Of a stretch of DNA of 64,000 nucleotides, positions 35,036-45,918 are shown piece by piece. Source of the DNA: Pirellulales bacterium (GTDB taxonomy: Bacteria; Planctomycetota; Planctomycetia; Pirellulales; PALSA-1355); contig CAVTBU010000006.1 of the NCBI GenBank assembly GCA_963733035.1, positions 237,665-301,664 on the forward strand. Direction: 5' to 3'. Position numbers and translations under genes: made by a program. The notes beneath the pieces were generated by a model. It saw only the letters and a list, made by a program, of their open reading frames with translations, was not told the DNA's origin and did no database searches. How positions within the stretch are numbered: position 1 is the stretch's first letter; each line of letters begins with the position of its first letter.

Positions 35036-36692
35036 TTGCTTTAATTAAGGCTTCCCGTGCATCACCGTAAAACACAATCGTCACTTTCGTCGCCAAATCG
35101 TCAGACAGTTCAAAGAGCTGTTTTCGCGATGAAATTGGCATGAGGACAACGGACGCGCCTTTCTCGACCGCCAATTCGACGACATCAATCGCATTGTGCA
35201 CCGGATCAATTGACCCACCGAGATTCAATCCCCCTACAACAACCAAGCCGCCGCGTAGGCTGCGGTTTATCAGTGACGAACAGAGGCCCAAGAGGGCGGC
35301 CATGCCTAGCGACCTTCCGCCCTTGCTGGCGTCAAACGCCCGCAGCTGAATTGAAAACTCGTGCTCCCGCGGGTTGCGGTCACCGACAAGTTGAGACGGC
35401 TGAGAATACAAATTGGCTTCCGCGTACTTCACTGACTCAGAGAACGACGGAGGAGCCGGTCGATTGAGAATTCGCGTCCCATTGCCTGGACCTTCAGAAA
35501 CTTCGATGCGATACAGCCCCGAACCTTCGTCCTGGCCGCCGGGGCTAATCGCCCATACTTGTCCAGGCGGCAATGGATCGCGGCCGATATGGTCCTCGCT
35601 CTGCAATTCCGGGGTGACGACGAACTGTTCGATGCCGTCGCGGCCAAGCGCGTAACTAAACTGCGTGTTTCGGAACTCGGCACTGCCGATTCGCTTCTGT
35701 TGCTCCTTGACGCGTCGGCGAGATTCCAATGCCAGACGCACTGCCCATTCAAGGTCTTTGTCAGACACGTCTTCGTCCGGGCTAGGATGAATGAGCTTGA
35801 GTAGGCCATTGATTGTTTTGTTGGCTGCGTTTTGATCCCGACCACTCAATGCACCTCCGAACGTTACTCTTCCCTGCAGGGTCGATAGCCGATTGTGGCT
35901 TCTTAGGCGGGTCCAACACTCGCTCAGGAAATCGGATACCAGCCCAAAATGGTTCGTCTTTGTTTGTTCGGAGACTTTCGGCACGTCCCAGCCTGGAAGG
36001 TAACCGTGAATTCGGTCCATGAGTGCGGTGTCATCTCGCATTTCGGGCGGCATCGGACCGAATAGGTGCCCGACTCGTTGCTGATGTGCCACATCGACTT
36101 CAAAATTCCCGACCATTACGATACTGCCGTAAGCCCTAATGCTTTCCTTTCCGCGGCTGAATTCACCGGACTCCATGTACCCTTTCATGATGTTGACGCC
36201 GTCCTTTTGATCGAAGGACACGCCGGACACCTCGTCGAAACACACCACATCATACTGACACACCAAGCCGCGCTGCCCCGTGCTGTTATTCACAAACATG
36301 CGGGCCACCGTCGCTTTGCCGCCGGAAACCAGGTGAGCGTACGGCGATATTTGCTGATATAAATGGCTCTTGCCAGTTCCACGCGGACCGAGTTCAACCA
36401 GGTTGTAGTTATTCTCAACAAAGGGAACCATGCGCAGGAGGAGGGCATCCATATTCCGAGGGCTGAGCGACTGCGGCTCCAGCCCGATGCTCCGAATCAA
36501 GAACTGCTTCCATTCATCGGTGGTAAAACGTTGACGCCCTTCATAGAGGCTGTCCAGCACATCCCGTTTCGAGGCAAGTCTGCCTGATGCCAAGAAGTCA
36601 GGCACGGGCTGGTCGGCCTGCTGTCCGGCCCACGACGATCGGCAGCCCAGCCTGTCGATCGCCGAGGGGGAGGACGGCCGGGTCTTGCTCAA
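35025..36692 (-). CDS. BrxL-like Lon-family protease (P-loop ATPase plus S16 Lon C-terminal proteolytic domain)
   Basis: ELGPRGTGKSHLY..VVCFDEVSG..GVNIMKGYMESGEFSRG in the ATPase domain. C-terminal Lon proteolytic-like region. No other BREX genes nearby. Confidence 0.55.
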   Translation of the reverse strand: MSKTRPSSPSAIDRLGCRSSWAGQQADQPVPDFLASGRLASKRDVLDSLYEGRQRFTTDEWKQFLIRSIGLEPQSLSPRNMDALLLRMVPFVENNYNLVELGPRGTGKSHLYQQISPYAHLVSGGKATVARMFVNNSTGQRGLVCQYDVVCFDEVSGVSFDQKDGVNIMKGYMESGEFSRGKESIRAYGSIVMVGNFEVDVAHQQRVGHLFGPMPPEMRDDTALMDRIHGYLPGWDVPKVSEQTKTNHFGLVSDFLSECWTRLRSHNRLSTLQGRVTFGGALSGRDQNAANKTINGLLKLIHPSPDEDVSDKDLEWAVRLALESRRRVKEQQKRIGSAEFRNTQFSYALGRDGIEQFVVTPELQSEDHIGRDPLPPGQVWAISPGGQDEGSGLYRIEVSEGPGNGTRILNRPAPPSFSESVKYAEANLYSQPSQLVGDRNPREHEFSIQLRAFDASKGGRSLGMAALLGLCSSLINRSLRGGLVVVGGLNLGGSIDPVHNAIDVVELAVEKGASVVLMPISSRKQLFELSDDLATKVTIVFYGDAREALIKAIAD

Positions 36693-38933
36693 GTGTCACG
36701 CCGGTTGCCCAGTCGATGCAATCTGTGCGGCGCTCGGCCTCAAGCCGACAGACCTGTTTGCAGTGTCAACGTCAACGGTATTGCACCCAGCCCGGGAAAA
36801 ACACCAATACCGTGGACAGGCAAACGGCAAAACGATGGGCAACTCGTTCGCCACCGCTGACGAGGCAATCCACGAGCTCGAGCGGCGGCATGGCCCTTCC
36901 ACGGCCCGATGGACCTACCGCGATGACAGCGGAGTTGTGGTCGGCGTGGTCGTTCGATGGGACTTGCCGGACGGCAGCAAGAAGATTCGGCCAGTCAGCC
37001 TGCATGGCGACCACTGGCGAATTGCGGGAATGTCCACGCCTCGGCCGTTGTACCGCCCGGAAGACCTGCGTGACGCGAAGCGGGTCTACGTCTGCGAGGG
37101 CGAGAAGGCCGTGGAAGCGGCCCGATCGCTCGGACTGATCGCGACCACTTCGGCGCATGGATCGAAGTCGTCGGACAAGACCGATTGGAGTCCGCTCGCC
37201 GGGAGGGAGGTCGTGCTTCTGCCCGACAACGATCCGGCTGGACTTGAGTATGCAGACGCAGTCGTCGGTCTGTTGGAGCGACTCAAGCCTCCTCCGACGA
37301 TCAAGGTGGTAGAGCTGCCTGACCTGCCGCAGAAGGGCGACATCGTGGAGTGGATCGAATCACATGGCGACGCAGCGGAGCCCGAGTCAATGCGAGACGA
37401 ACTGGAGCAACTGGCCGACCAAGCAGATTTTGTTCAGCGCAATGTTCCGGCGAAATCAGGCGCCCGCGTCGTGAGCTTCACTCCGTTTCCGACGGAGGTG
37501 TTGCCCGAACCGATTCGAAGCTTTGTGCTTGTTGCAGCAAGGGCAATCTGCTGTGACGCGTCGTACATCGTTCTCCCGTTGTTGGCCGTGCTGGCGTCGG
37601 CGATTGGCAACACGCGCCGATTGACACTCAAGCCTGGGTGGAACGCGCCAGCAATCATCTGGACAGCCATCGTGGGCGAGAGCGGCACGGCCAAGACGCC
37701 GGCGTTTTCGCTCGTGATGCGGCCCATCAAGAATCGCCAGGCGAAGGCGCTCAAGCAATACGAAGCGGACATGCAGCAGTACCAGACTGACCTGGCGAAC
37801 TATGACAAGGCGTTGACCGTCTGGAAACGGGATAAGAACACAACGGATCCGCCGCCGGACAAGCCGCATGAGCCACAGCCCAGACGGTGCATGGTCGGCG
37901 ACACAACCGTCGAAGCACTCGCCCCGATTCTCAAGGCAAACTGGTGCGGCGTGCTGGTGGCCCGAGATGAGTTGGCCGGCTGGATTGGCTCGTTCGATCG
38001 ATACGCCAGCGGCAAGGGCGGTGCAGACTCCCGCATTGGTTGAGCATGTTCAATGGCGAGAACATCTCCGTGGATCGCAAGACGGGCATCCCCAAAACCA
38101 TTTTCGTTCCGCTGGCCTCCGTTTGTGTGACCGGCGGCATTCAGCCGGCCATTCTGCATCGGGCCCTGGGAACTCAGCACAGAGAGTCTGGTCTGGCGGC
38201 GCGTCTGCTCGTGTGTTGCCCTCCGCGCAAGGCCAAGAAGTGGACCGATGCGGGCATCGACCCATCCATGGAAGCACAGCTTGCCATGCTGCTGGATCGT
38301 CTGTTTGAGCTCGAGCCCAGGTTCGACGAGGACGACGAGCCGATGCCGGTCCTGGTTCGACTGTCGAAGGAAGCGCATGAGGAGTGGAAGGCCTACTACG
38401 ATGCCCATGCGCATGAGCAGGTCGATTTGACCGGCGATCTGTCCGCAGCGTGGTCAAAGCTCGAGGAATATGCCGCTCGGCTGGCGCTCGTGGTCCATTT
38501 GGTCCGCTGGGCCGCCGATGACCCAACGCTGGAGTCAGAACATGTCGTCGACGTCGACAGCGTTCGAGCGGGCGTCACGATGACCCAGTGGTTCAAGCAC
38601 GAAGTTCGACGTGTCTATGCGCTGCTGTGCGAGACGGACGAGGAGCGAGACGAGCGCCGGCTCGTCGAGTGGATCGATCGCAAAGGCGGAGCGGTCACAG
38701 CTCGCGAGGCGCACATGGGCTGCCGCTGGCTTCGGGAGGCGGGCTTGGCCGAAGCTGCACTGAATGCGCTGGTGCAATCTGGGCAGGGCACCTGGGAACC
38801 ATCGCCTCGCGGAGCTCGTGGCCAACCGACGCGCCGATTCCGACTGACAACAGCGTCAACCGTCAACGGTAATTGTCCCGCACCCGACGAAAAGACGAAT
38901 ACCGTTGACGTTGACGACGCAGACGCAGCGTAG
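36587..38933 (+). pseudogene. P4-type DNA primase (zinc-binding CPAHDD..PSL, Toprim, DUF3987-like C-terminus) split into up to three frames
   Basis: Zinc-binding motif upstream of the 36685 ORF and in frame with it. Toprim VYVCEGEKA..LPDND. The ORFs 36685..38043 and 38040..38933 are contiguous in different frames. Confidence 0.55.
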
Positions 38934-39082
38934 ATCGCACTCGCCAGGGGAACTTTTGGCAGTTCCCCGTCCACCGGGCCCGTTTGCTTTGCAAGATGCG
39001 AAACGTGCCGGTAGTGTCCGCGTGTGGCCCGTCGCGAACCGACGCGAGCCCGTGCAACTTTACAACGACCAAGTTCTAAATC

Positions 39083-40309
39083 TTGAAACGAAAGGAAATG
39101 AAGATGGCAAGTATCGCAACGGATCAAAATGGCCGGCGGCGAATTCTGTTTATTGCGCCGGATGGACGGCGGCCAACGGTGCGGCTGGGCAAGGTGTCGC
39201 AGCGGGCGGCTGAGGGCGTGAAGCACCGCGTGGAACAATTGCTCGAGTGCAAAATGCTTAACCGGCCGATGGAGGCGGACCTGGCAACGTGGGTCGCGAG
39301 GCTGCATCCTCGCATGGCCAAGAGGTTCGCGGCGGTGGGGCTGATTCCCAAGGCGGATGCGCTGGCGGGCCCAACGTTGCAGAACTTCATCAACGAATAC
39401 ACCACGGCACGCAGCGACATCAAACCACGGTCGGTCAATCGATTGGAAGCGGCCGGCAAGAAGCTCGTGGAGTGCTTTGGGCCGGATCGGCGGATGAAGG
39501 AGTTTACGATTGGAGACGCCGACAGCTTCCGTATTTGGCTGCTTGGACAAAGTTTTGCTGAAAACACCGTGCGGCGGCTTTGCGGACGTGCCAAGCAGTT
39601 CTTCAGGGCGGCTGTGCGGCGGAAGCTGATCCCGGAGAATCCGTTCGGCGATCTGGTGTCCGCGGTGCGAGGCAACCCCAGCCGCTTCTACTTCGTTACT
39701 CAAGAGGAGGCGACGAAAGTGCTCGATGCCTGCCCCGACGCCGAATGGCGGCTCTTGTTCGCGCTCAGCCGCTACGGCGGGCTGCGCTGCCCCAGCGAGC
39801 ACCTCAGCATGCGGTGGGGCGATGTCGACTGGGCGAACAATCGGGTGCGTGTGCCCAGCCCGAAGACGGAGCACATTGAGGGGAAGGAGTCGCGGATGAT
39901 CCCCATGTTCCCCGAGTTGAAACCGTACCTCGAGGAGGCGTTCGAGCAAGCCGCGCCGGGCACCGAGTTTGTGATCAACCGCTACCGCAGTTGCAACGCC
40001 AACCTGCGAACCCAGCTCATGCGGATCATCAAACGGGCCGGACTGAAGCCGTGGCCCAAGCCGTTTCAGAACCTGCGGAGCACGCGGGAGACCGAGCTGA
40101 TGGAGAAGTTTCCGGCCCACGTCGTGTGCGGTTGGATTGGCAACAGCGAGGCGATCGCGCTCAAGCACTACCTGCAAGTCACCGACGACCATTTCGATCG
40201 GGCCGTGCGGGGCGAGGCGGAGATCGGGCCGGAAGTCGCGCCGACTGTTACCAACACTCCCGCCAACCCAGCGGCGCAAAGCGGCGCAGCATGCGCACGC
40301 AACGGGTAG
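39083..40309 (+). CDS. Tyrosine-type site-specific integrase
   Basis: C-terminal catalytic region ..LRSTRETELMEKFPAHVVCGWIGNSEAIALKHYLQ. Lies adjacent to tRNA-Glu. Confidence 0.8.
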   Translation: MKRKEMKMASIATDQNGRRRILFIAPDGRRPTVRLGKVSQRAAEGVKHRVEQLLECKMLNRPMEADLATWVARLHPRMAKRFAAVGLIPKADALAGPTLQNFINEYTTARSDIKPRSVNRLEAAGKKLVECFGPDRRMKEFTIGDADSFRIWLLGQSFAENTVRRLCGRAKQFFRAAVRRKLIPENPFGDLVSAVRGNPSRFYFVTQEEATKVLDACPDAEWRLLFALSRYGGLRCPSEHLSMRWGDVDWANNRVRVPSPKTEHIEGKESRMIPMFPELKPYLEEAFEQAAPGTEFVINRYRSCNANLRTQLMRIIKRAGLKPWPKPFQNLRSTRETELMEKFPAHVVCGWIGNSEAIALKHYLQVTDDHFDRAVRGEAEIGPEVAPTVTNTPANPAAQSGAACARNG

Positions 40310-40425
40310 CAGCGAGCCGCAGGCGACTCAGACCACCAACGCAAAAGCCCCGGGATTGCCGGGGCCTGCGACTTCCTGCGATATAGTGAACACTTGTTCA
40401 GTACCCCCACGGGGAGTCGAACCCC
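40091..40425 (+). repeat. Direct repeat partner of 15394-15726 (integrase 3' end plus att core)
   Basis: Alignment. Confidence 0.7.
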
Positions 40426-40474
40426 GGTTTTCGGACTGAGAATCCGACGTCCTGGGCCACTAGACGATGGGGGC
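40402..40474 (-). tRNA. tRNA-Glu(CTC), integration target next to the integrase
   Basis: Reverse complement gives acceptor gccccca/tgggggt, a TCGTCTAGTGGCCCAGGAC D-arm, stem tcgga/tccga, loop TTCTCAG and T-loop TTCGACT. Confidence 0.65.
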
Positions 40475-40627
40475 GTGGCCTTGGGTTGGTCTGCGTTGTC
40501 GGAGGCGGACGACCTTCGACGGCGACCAGGCTATTCTAATCTATCGGCCCCGCCAAGGGCCAAACCCTAGTTGGTATAAAAACGTCGGGGGGCTGTCAAC
40601 GGGTGCGGTGCGGCTCTTTACGTCGGC

Positions 40628-42316
40628 CTACCCGTCCGTCGCGCCTTCATTCGTTGTCGTGCCGCGTGGAGCGCGCTGCAGCCACTCGCGCCAGAGACGG
40701 AAGCTGCGGTAATCGCTTGGAGTCCGGCGCTCCGCGAGGACGACGCCGATGAGCACCCGCATTTCGCCGTCGAGTTCGTTGCGTTGGGGGTATAGGCGTG
40801 TGAGCTTGTCGGCGGCTTCGGTGAACTTGTTTTCGCGGATCAGCACCACGGCCTGCCCCGCCAAACCGAACGCACGCAGTTGCACCTCGGCATCATTATA
40901 TGCCGCAAACTCGTCGAATATTTCCTTGGCCTGGGCGTAGTCGTAGTCGCGCAGGTAGAGCAATGCCAGGCCCTGTTTGGCCCGCTGGACGTCGAAAGTA
41001 CTGTTGGGAAAGTAGTAGGGGACGCTCTTCCAGCCGGCTTCAGTATCGAGCAGTGTGGCGTAGATCAATTGCTCAGCCGACGTATCGTGCTTGGAAACCG
41101 CCGTGGGGTCTTCGGGGGTGGCCACGATCACCGGTGCTGAACGCAGAGCCCAGGCCGCTGCGGCCCCCAACCCCAGACACAACACGCTGGCAGCGATCCA
41201 GGGCAAGATGCCGCGCCGCCGCACAGCCGGCATCGACGAGGTGCGCATCGCGACCGCCAACTGCTGTGTGGCCTGGCGGCGGGCTTCGACGGTGCTCAGC
41301 AGGTCGTCCTGCCAACCATCCACTTCCTCACCCGGATCATCCTGATAGAGCTCGATCGACACGGTTCGTAGTTCGTGGAGGAGTTGCCGCGGCGTGGAAT
41401 ATCGCTCCTTGGGATCCTTGGCCAGCATCGTGTGCACGATGCGGCAGACCTGCGCGGGGATGTCCGCCCGTAGATTCTCAATCCGCTGCGGCGGAGCGTT
41501 CAGGTGTTGCACGGCGATCGACAAGGCCGTTTCGCCGCGGAACGGGGGTTCTCCGGCCAGCATTTCGTAGGCGGTGACGCCCAGCGAGTAGATATCGCTG
41601 CGGCTGTCGAGCGGTTTACCTTCGACCTGCTCGGGGCTCATATAGAGCGGCGTGCCCATCGTGACGCCAATTTGCGTGAGGTTTTGAGCCTCGTCGGCGC
41701 GATACAGCCGCGCCAGGCCAAAGTCGGCTACCTTCACTTCGCCGCTGGCCGAGAGCATGATATTTTCCGGCTTGATGTCGCGGTGGACGATGCCATGCTC
41801 GGCGGCCTTGTGTAGCGCGGCGGCCACCTGGCGAACGATCGCCACGACGCGGGCAACTTCTGGCGGTCCTCGTCGGGTCATCAGTTCGGCCAGGTTAAGC
41901 CCCTGGACGTATTCCTGGGCGATGAAATGGGAGCCATCGGCGTAGCCCACTTCGTATATCTGGACGATGTTGGCGTGGATGAGTTGGGCGGCGGCCCGGG
42001 CTTCTTGCTGAAAACGATCGACGTAGGTGGCGTCGGTAGCCAGGTTGCTGCGGAGGATCTTGATGGCAACTTGCCGGCCGAGCGAGAGCTGGTTGGCCAG
42101 ATAGACTTCGGCCATGGCGCCTTTGCCGAGTCGCCGGAGCAATCGATAGCCGTTTAGAGTTCGTCCCGAGAAGTCGGTATCCGCGGCGGCATCGGTTGCG
42201 GTCGGTCGGACGTCCGACATGGGAGTTCTCGGCGGTACGTCGGTTGGCAGTCGCTGGGATGGTTGCCGTGCCGGTGGGATGCGGCAATCGCTGCAATTCA
42301 GTTCCAAAAGGGTCAC
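40628..42316 (-). CDS. Ser/Thr protein kinase (Hanks type) with a C-terminal TM and TPR-like region
   Basis: GKGAMAEVY..AIK, HRDIKPEN and DFG motifs. Confidence 0.85.
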   Translation of the reverse strand: MTLLELNCSDCRIPPARQPSQRLPTDVPPRTPMSDVRPTATDAAADTDFSGRTLNGYRLLRRLGKGAMAEVYLANQLSLGRQVAIKILRSNLATDATYVDRFQQEARAAAQLIHANIVQIYEVGYADGSHFIAQEYVQGLNLAELMTRRGPPEVARVVAIVRQVAAALHKAAEHGIVHRDIKPENIMLSASGEVKVADFGLARLYRADEAQNLTQIGVTMGTPLYMSPEQVEGKPLDSRSDIYSLGVTAYEMLAGEPPFRGETALSIAVQHLNAPPQRIENLRADIPAQVCRIVHTMLAKDPKERYSTPRQLLHELRTVSIELYQDDPGEEVDGWQDDLLSTVEARRQATQQLAVAMRTSSMPAVRRRGILPWIAASVLCLGLGAAAAWALRSAPVIVATPEDPTAVSKHDTSAEQLIYATLLDTEAGWKSVPYYFPNSTFDVQRAKQGLALLYLRDYDYAQAKEIFDEFAAYNDAEVQLRAFGLAGQAVVLIRENKFTEAADKLTRLYPQRNELDGEMRVLIGVVLAERRTPSDYRSFRLWREWLQRAPRGTTTNEGATDG

Positions 42317-42432
42317 GGGTCACAACCGTCCCATTCTATCAAACGGGGCCAGACCTTAATTTAGTATGAAGCGGCAACGCCCCACTGACAACCGTCGCAT
42401 AAGTTACAAAAAAATGCACGTTCGGCCGGCCG

Positions 42433-44772
42433 CTAGCGGTTCAGCTGTTGGGGCCAGTTGAGATGTCTGTGCAGAAAATCGAAGGTGCCAACGCCGTGAA
42501 TGGTGTGGGGACCGTCGAAGAATTCGATGGCCGTGCGATCGGGGATGCCGAGGTCAGCATAAAGGTGCCGAATTTTGGCATATTCATAAGCAACCCACGG
42601 GTCGGGCGCGACGCCGTCGTGATGGCCCCGTTCGACCATGAACGGTCGCGGCGCGATCAGGGCTGCCATTTCGGCATAGTTGTAGGTGTTGCCCAGGTCG
42701 AACTCGAAGATCTCATATTCACCGGTGGCAACATAACTATAGGGAGCGCGAGTCGAGGCATTCTTCCAAATCCACTCATTGAAGTCGGCCGAACAGATCG
42801 AAAGGCAATAGTTCTCGACAAGGGCGGGCACGCGCATCGCGGTCTTGCCGCCGTACGAGAGGCCATAAAACGCGATCCGCTCCGGATCGACCATCGGCAG
42901 CGTGGCTAGCCAGTTCACGAGTTGCTGGTGTTGCGGCACGATGATCGAGAACAACGTCTTGCCAAGCGGATTGGCCTTGCGCTGCAGAGTGCGGAAACGG
43001 TCTTGAAAAATGTAGGGGTTTTGGGGCGCGTAGACGATGAAGCCGCGCTCGGCGAGCCGGCAGGCGTATTGGTTGTAGGCGGGATTTACTTTCGCGGGAT
43101 CGGCGACGTCGGTCGGGCGTCCTTCCAGACCATGCTGGCAAACCACCACCGGCCGCCGCTCGCCGGGCTGCAGATTCTTGGGCAGCAACAGGATGCCGTA
43201 GGCGAAGACGTCGGGAAAAACGTCGAGCACGACTTCGTGCCCCGTGTAAAGCGTTTCGTCGTAGATCTGTCGCGTGCGCGGATTTGCCGGCAAAAGCGGT
43301 TCGTCGAAGCGGCCGATGACTTCGTCGTAGAAATGTTGGCGGTACGATTGAGTTGATGCTTTCCATTTCTCCCGGTCGTGCGACGCGCGGTCGGCTTTGG
43401 ACCAGAAGTCTTCTCGTACGTACTCGCCTTCGCGCATCAGGTGCTGCGTGTCGGCGTTGATCTGGTCGAAGGCCCGTCGATGCCGATCGGTGGCGTCGGG
43501 CAGTTCTTGCTCGATCACAGGTGACTCGGTGAGGGGGACGAAGACCGCGTCGCGATAGAGTGTCGTAAGAAACGCGGTGACGGCTTTTTCGGTATAAGGA
43601 GCGCCACTGCCGTCATCACTGACAATGCATTGAGGCGGATGTTTTGTCTCGAGGCCCGCGATCAGCGATTTGCCACGATCGATTTCGGCTTGCACGGTGC
43701 TCGCCGCAGGCGTTATCAGCTGCCCAGGCGCAGCCGAGCTATTGCGACCCTCACCTGCCGCCGGCGGACCGGAGACGTCGGGTGCTCGGCAGGCCTCGAC
43801 GACGAGTGTCCGCGGAGCGATCAGGCTGGCTAGCTCGGCGTCTCCGAACTGGTCCAACAGCCCGAAGACGTTGCGGTAAATGGGCTCCTGCCAGATTCCT
43901 TGCCTGCTGCCGAAGTACCCGCTGACAAGCGCCGCGTCGATCCGTTCGTCGAGTGCGGCCGCGTACAACGCTATCAATCCGCCTTCGCCGTAACCGGCCA
44001 CGCCGATCGGTCGTACATCGGCGCCTTGTGCCTGGCGGAACCAGTCGACGGCGGCCAACACCTTTTGCACTTCGTAACCGATGATGTGTCGTCCCATTTC
44101 GAACGCCGGACGATAAAGGAATTCTCGATGCGGTTGGTTTGTGGCGCGGGGGCCAATGGCCGAGAGGTCGTCTTGGCGGTTGATTAGCGCGGGCACGACC
44201 ACTTCGCAGCCGCGCTCGGCCATGCGTTGCGCGATCCGATCGCTCGGTTCGACTCCAGTGATCAGACCCGACAACTGCTCTGGCGTCTGATCTGCGTCGG
44301 GGATAATGACAATGCGGGCATGGACGTTTTCAGCAGATCGAGGGCGCAGCAAAAGGCCCTCAGCGTGGACGCCGCGGACCACTGGCCAGCGAACCGCGAT
44401 AATCTCGATCTCGGGGTGTCTCGCCGTCGCCAACACGGCCGGATGCGAAGATGTCTGCAGGAATTCGATCTCGCGCACTTGGGCGCGGTCGTCGTGGGCG
44501 CCTACGATTTTCGCCAATCGTGCGCGGTTGGGAGCGATCGATTGGCTGTGGGCCTCTGGGCTGGAGACGTCGCGTTTCCAATGCCGCGACCGCCGGGACA
44601 CCGATTCGTCGATCTCGCGGAGCAGAAACCGATCGATGCCGGCCACCATCTGGTCGGCCAAATCGCCGTGCATTTCGAGCGGCTTGGTGCCGGGCAGGGG
44701 CTCGCCTGCGGAAAGGTAAGGCAGCCAACTTAGCAAGAGAGCAATCAGGCAGGCAGCGCAACTCGACTTCAT
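42433..44772 (-). CDS. Secreted alpha/beta-hydrolase family protein (dienelactone hydrolase / peptidase S9-like)
   Basis: Signal peptide. GLSYGG nucleophile elbow. Confidence 0.55.
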   Translation of the reverse strand: MKSSCAACLIALLLSWLPYLSAGEPLPGTKPLEMHGDLADQMVAGIDRFLLREIDESVSRRSRHWKRDVSSPEAHSQSIAPNRARLAKIVGAHDDRAQVREIEFLQTSSHPAVLATARHPEIEIIAVRWPVVRGVHAEGLLLRPRSAENVHARIVIIPDADQTPEQLSGLITGVEPSDRIAQRMAERGCEVVVPALINRQDDLSAIGPRATNQPHREFLYRPAFEMGRHIIGYEVQKVLAAVDWFRQAQGADVRPIGVAGYGEGGLIALYAAALDERIDAALVSGYFGSRQGIWQEPIYRNVFGLLDQFGDAELASLIAPRTLVVEACRAPDVSGPPAAGEGRNSSAAPGQLITPAASTVQAEIDRGKSLIAGLETKHPPQCIVSDDGSGAPYTEKAVTAFLTTLYRDAVFVPLTESPVIEQELPDATDRHRRAFDQINADTQHLMREGEYVREDFWSKADRASHDREKWKASTQSYRQHFYDEVIGRFDEPLLPANPRTRQIYDETLYTGHEVVLDVFPDVFAYGILLLPKNLQPGERRPVVVCQHGLEGRPTDVADPAKVNPAYNQYACRLAERGFIVYAPQNPYIFQDRFRTLQRKANPLGKTLFSIIVPQHQQLVNWLATLPMVDPERIAFYGLSYGGKTAMRVPALVENYCLSICSADFNEWIWKNASTRAPYSYVATGEYEIFEFDLGNTYNYAEMAALIAPRPFMVERGHHDGVAPDPWVAYEYAKIRHLYADLGIPDRTAIEFFDGPHTIHGVGTFDFLHRHLNWPQQLNR

Positions 44773-45001
44773 GCGGGTACCAAAGCGGGGAGTTGATCGA
44801 TTTCGGTAGGTCGTTCAGGGCGATTTCAAGCTTAGCAACGCCCTGGACACCATTCCACCAAAGCGGCAGCGCCAAATGGGTCGGACTGGCTGTAAGTTGG
44901 CAGCTCTTGGCTGGCCCAACTATAATTTGGGCTATTCCGGCGGCCGACAGCGGCGGACCGGTTTTTTCTCCGAAAATCGAGACGCCTCGAAAGTGATCCT
45001 C

Positions 45002-45895
45002 ATGAGCCAACTTTTTGTCACCAGTCGTCGCACTTTCCTGCGATCCACCTTGGCCGGCGCGGCACTCGGCACGTTTGTCTCGCGAGGTTTTGGCGACGAC
45101 TCGAAGCCGCGGCTGAAAAAGGCGGTGAAGTACGGCATGATCAAAGTGCCCGGGGCGTCAATCGAGGAGAAGTTCCAACTAATCAAGCGCTTGGGCTTCG
45201 AGGGCGTGGAAGTCGACAGCCCTAGTGACGTCGATCGCGAGGAAGCCAAGCGGGCCCAGGACGTCACCGGTATCCAGATTCACGGCGTCATCGATTCGGT
45301 GCATTGGCACAAGCGGCTTTCGGATCCCGATCCAAAGGTCCGTGCCGCGGGGTTGGCAGCGCTGCGGACGGCCATCGACGACGCCAAATTCTACGGTGCC
45401 AACACGGTGTTGCTTGTTCCTGGAAAAGTGACCGACCCCAAAACGGAGAACTACGACCAGGTTTACGCTCGCTCGCAGGAAGAGATTCGCAAAGTGCTGC
45501 CGCAAGCCGACGATGCTGGCGTGAAGATCGCAATCGAAGTGGTTTGGAATGACTTTATCACGAAGCCCGAGCAATTGGTGCAGTACGTGGACGACTTTAA
45601 AACGCCAACCGTTGGTGCGTATTTCGACTGCAGCAACATGGTCAAGTACGGCGTGCCTTCGGCGACTTGGATCCGCGAGCTCGGTCCGCGAATGCTCAAG
45701 TTCGACTTCAAGGGCTACAGTCACGAGCGGCAGTGGGTGCCGATTGGCGAGGGCGACGAAGATTGGCCCGAGATCCTCAAAGCCCTGGACGAAATCGGCT
45801 ATCACGGTTGGGCCACCAGCGAAGTGTCTGGCGGCGGTCAGCAAGAGCTGGCGGAAATTGCCGAACGGATGAACCGCGTGTTGGGGCTGAGCTGA
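45002..45895 (+). CDS. Sugar phosphate isomerase/epimerase (xylose isomerase-like TIM barrel), Tat signal
   Basis: RRTFLR twin-arginine motif. TIM-barrel family pattern. Confidence 0.65.
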   Translation: MSQLFVTSRRTFLRSTLAGAALGTFVSRGFGDDSKPRLKKAVKYGMIKVPGASIEEKFQLIKRLGFEGVEVDSPSDVDREEAKRAQDVTGIQIHGVIDSVHWHKRLSDPDPKVRAAGLAALRTAIDDAKFYGANTVLLVPGKVTDPKTENYDQVYARSQEEIRKVLPQADDAGVKIAIEVVWNDFITKPEQLVQYVDDFKTPTVGAYFDCSNMVKYGVPSATWIRELGPRMLKFDFKGYSHERQWVPIGEGDEDWPEILKALDEIGYHGWATSEVSGGGQQELAEIAERMNRVLGLS

Positions 45896-45918
45896 GCCCT
45901 TTTACATGCGATGTCAAC

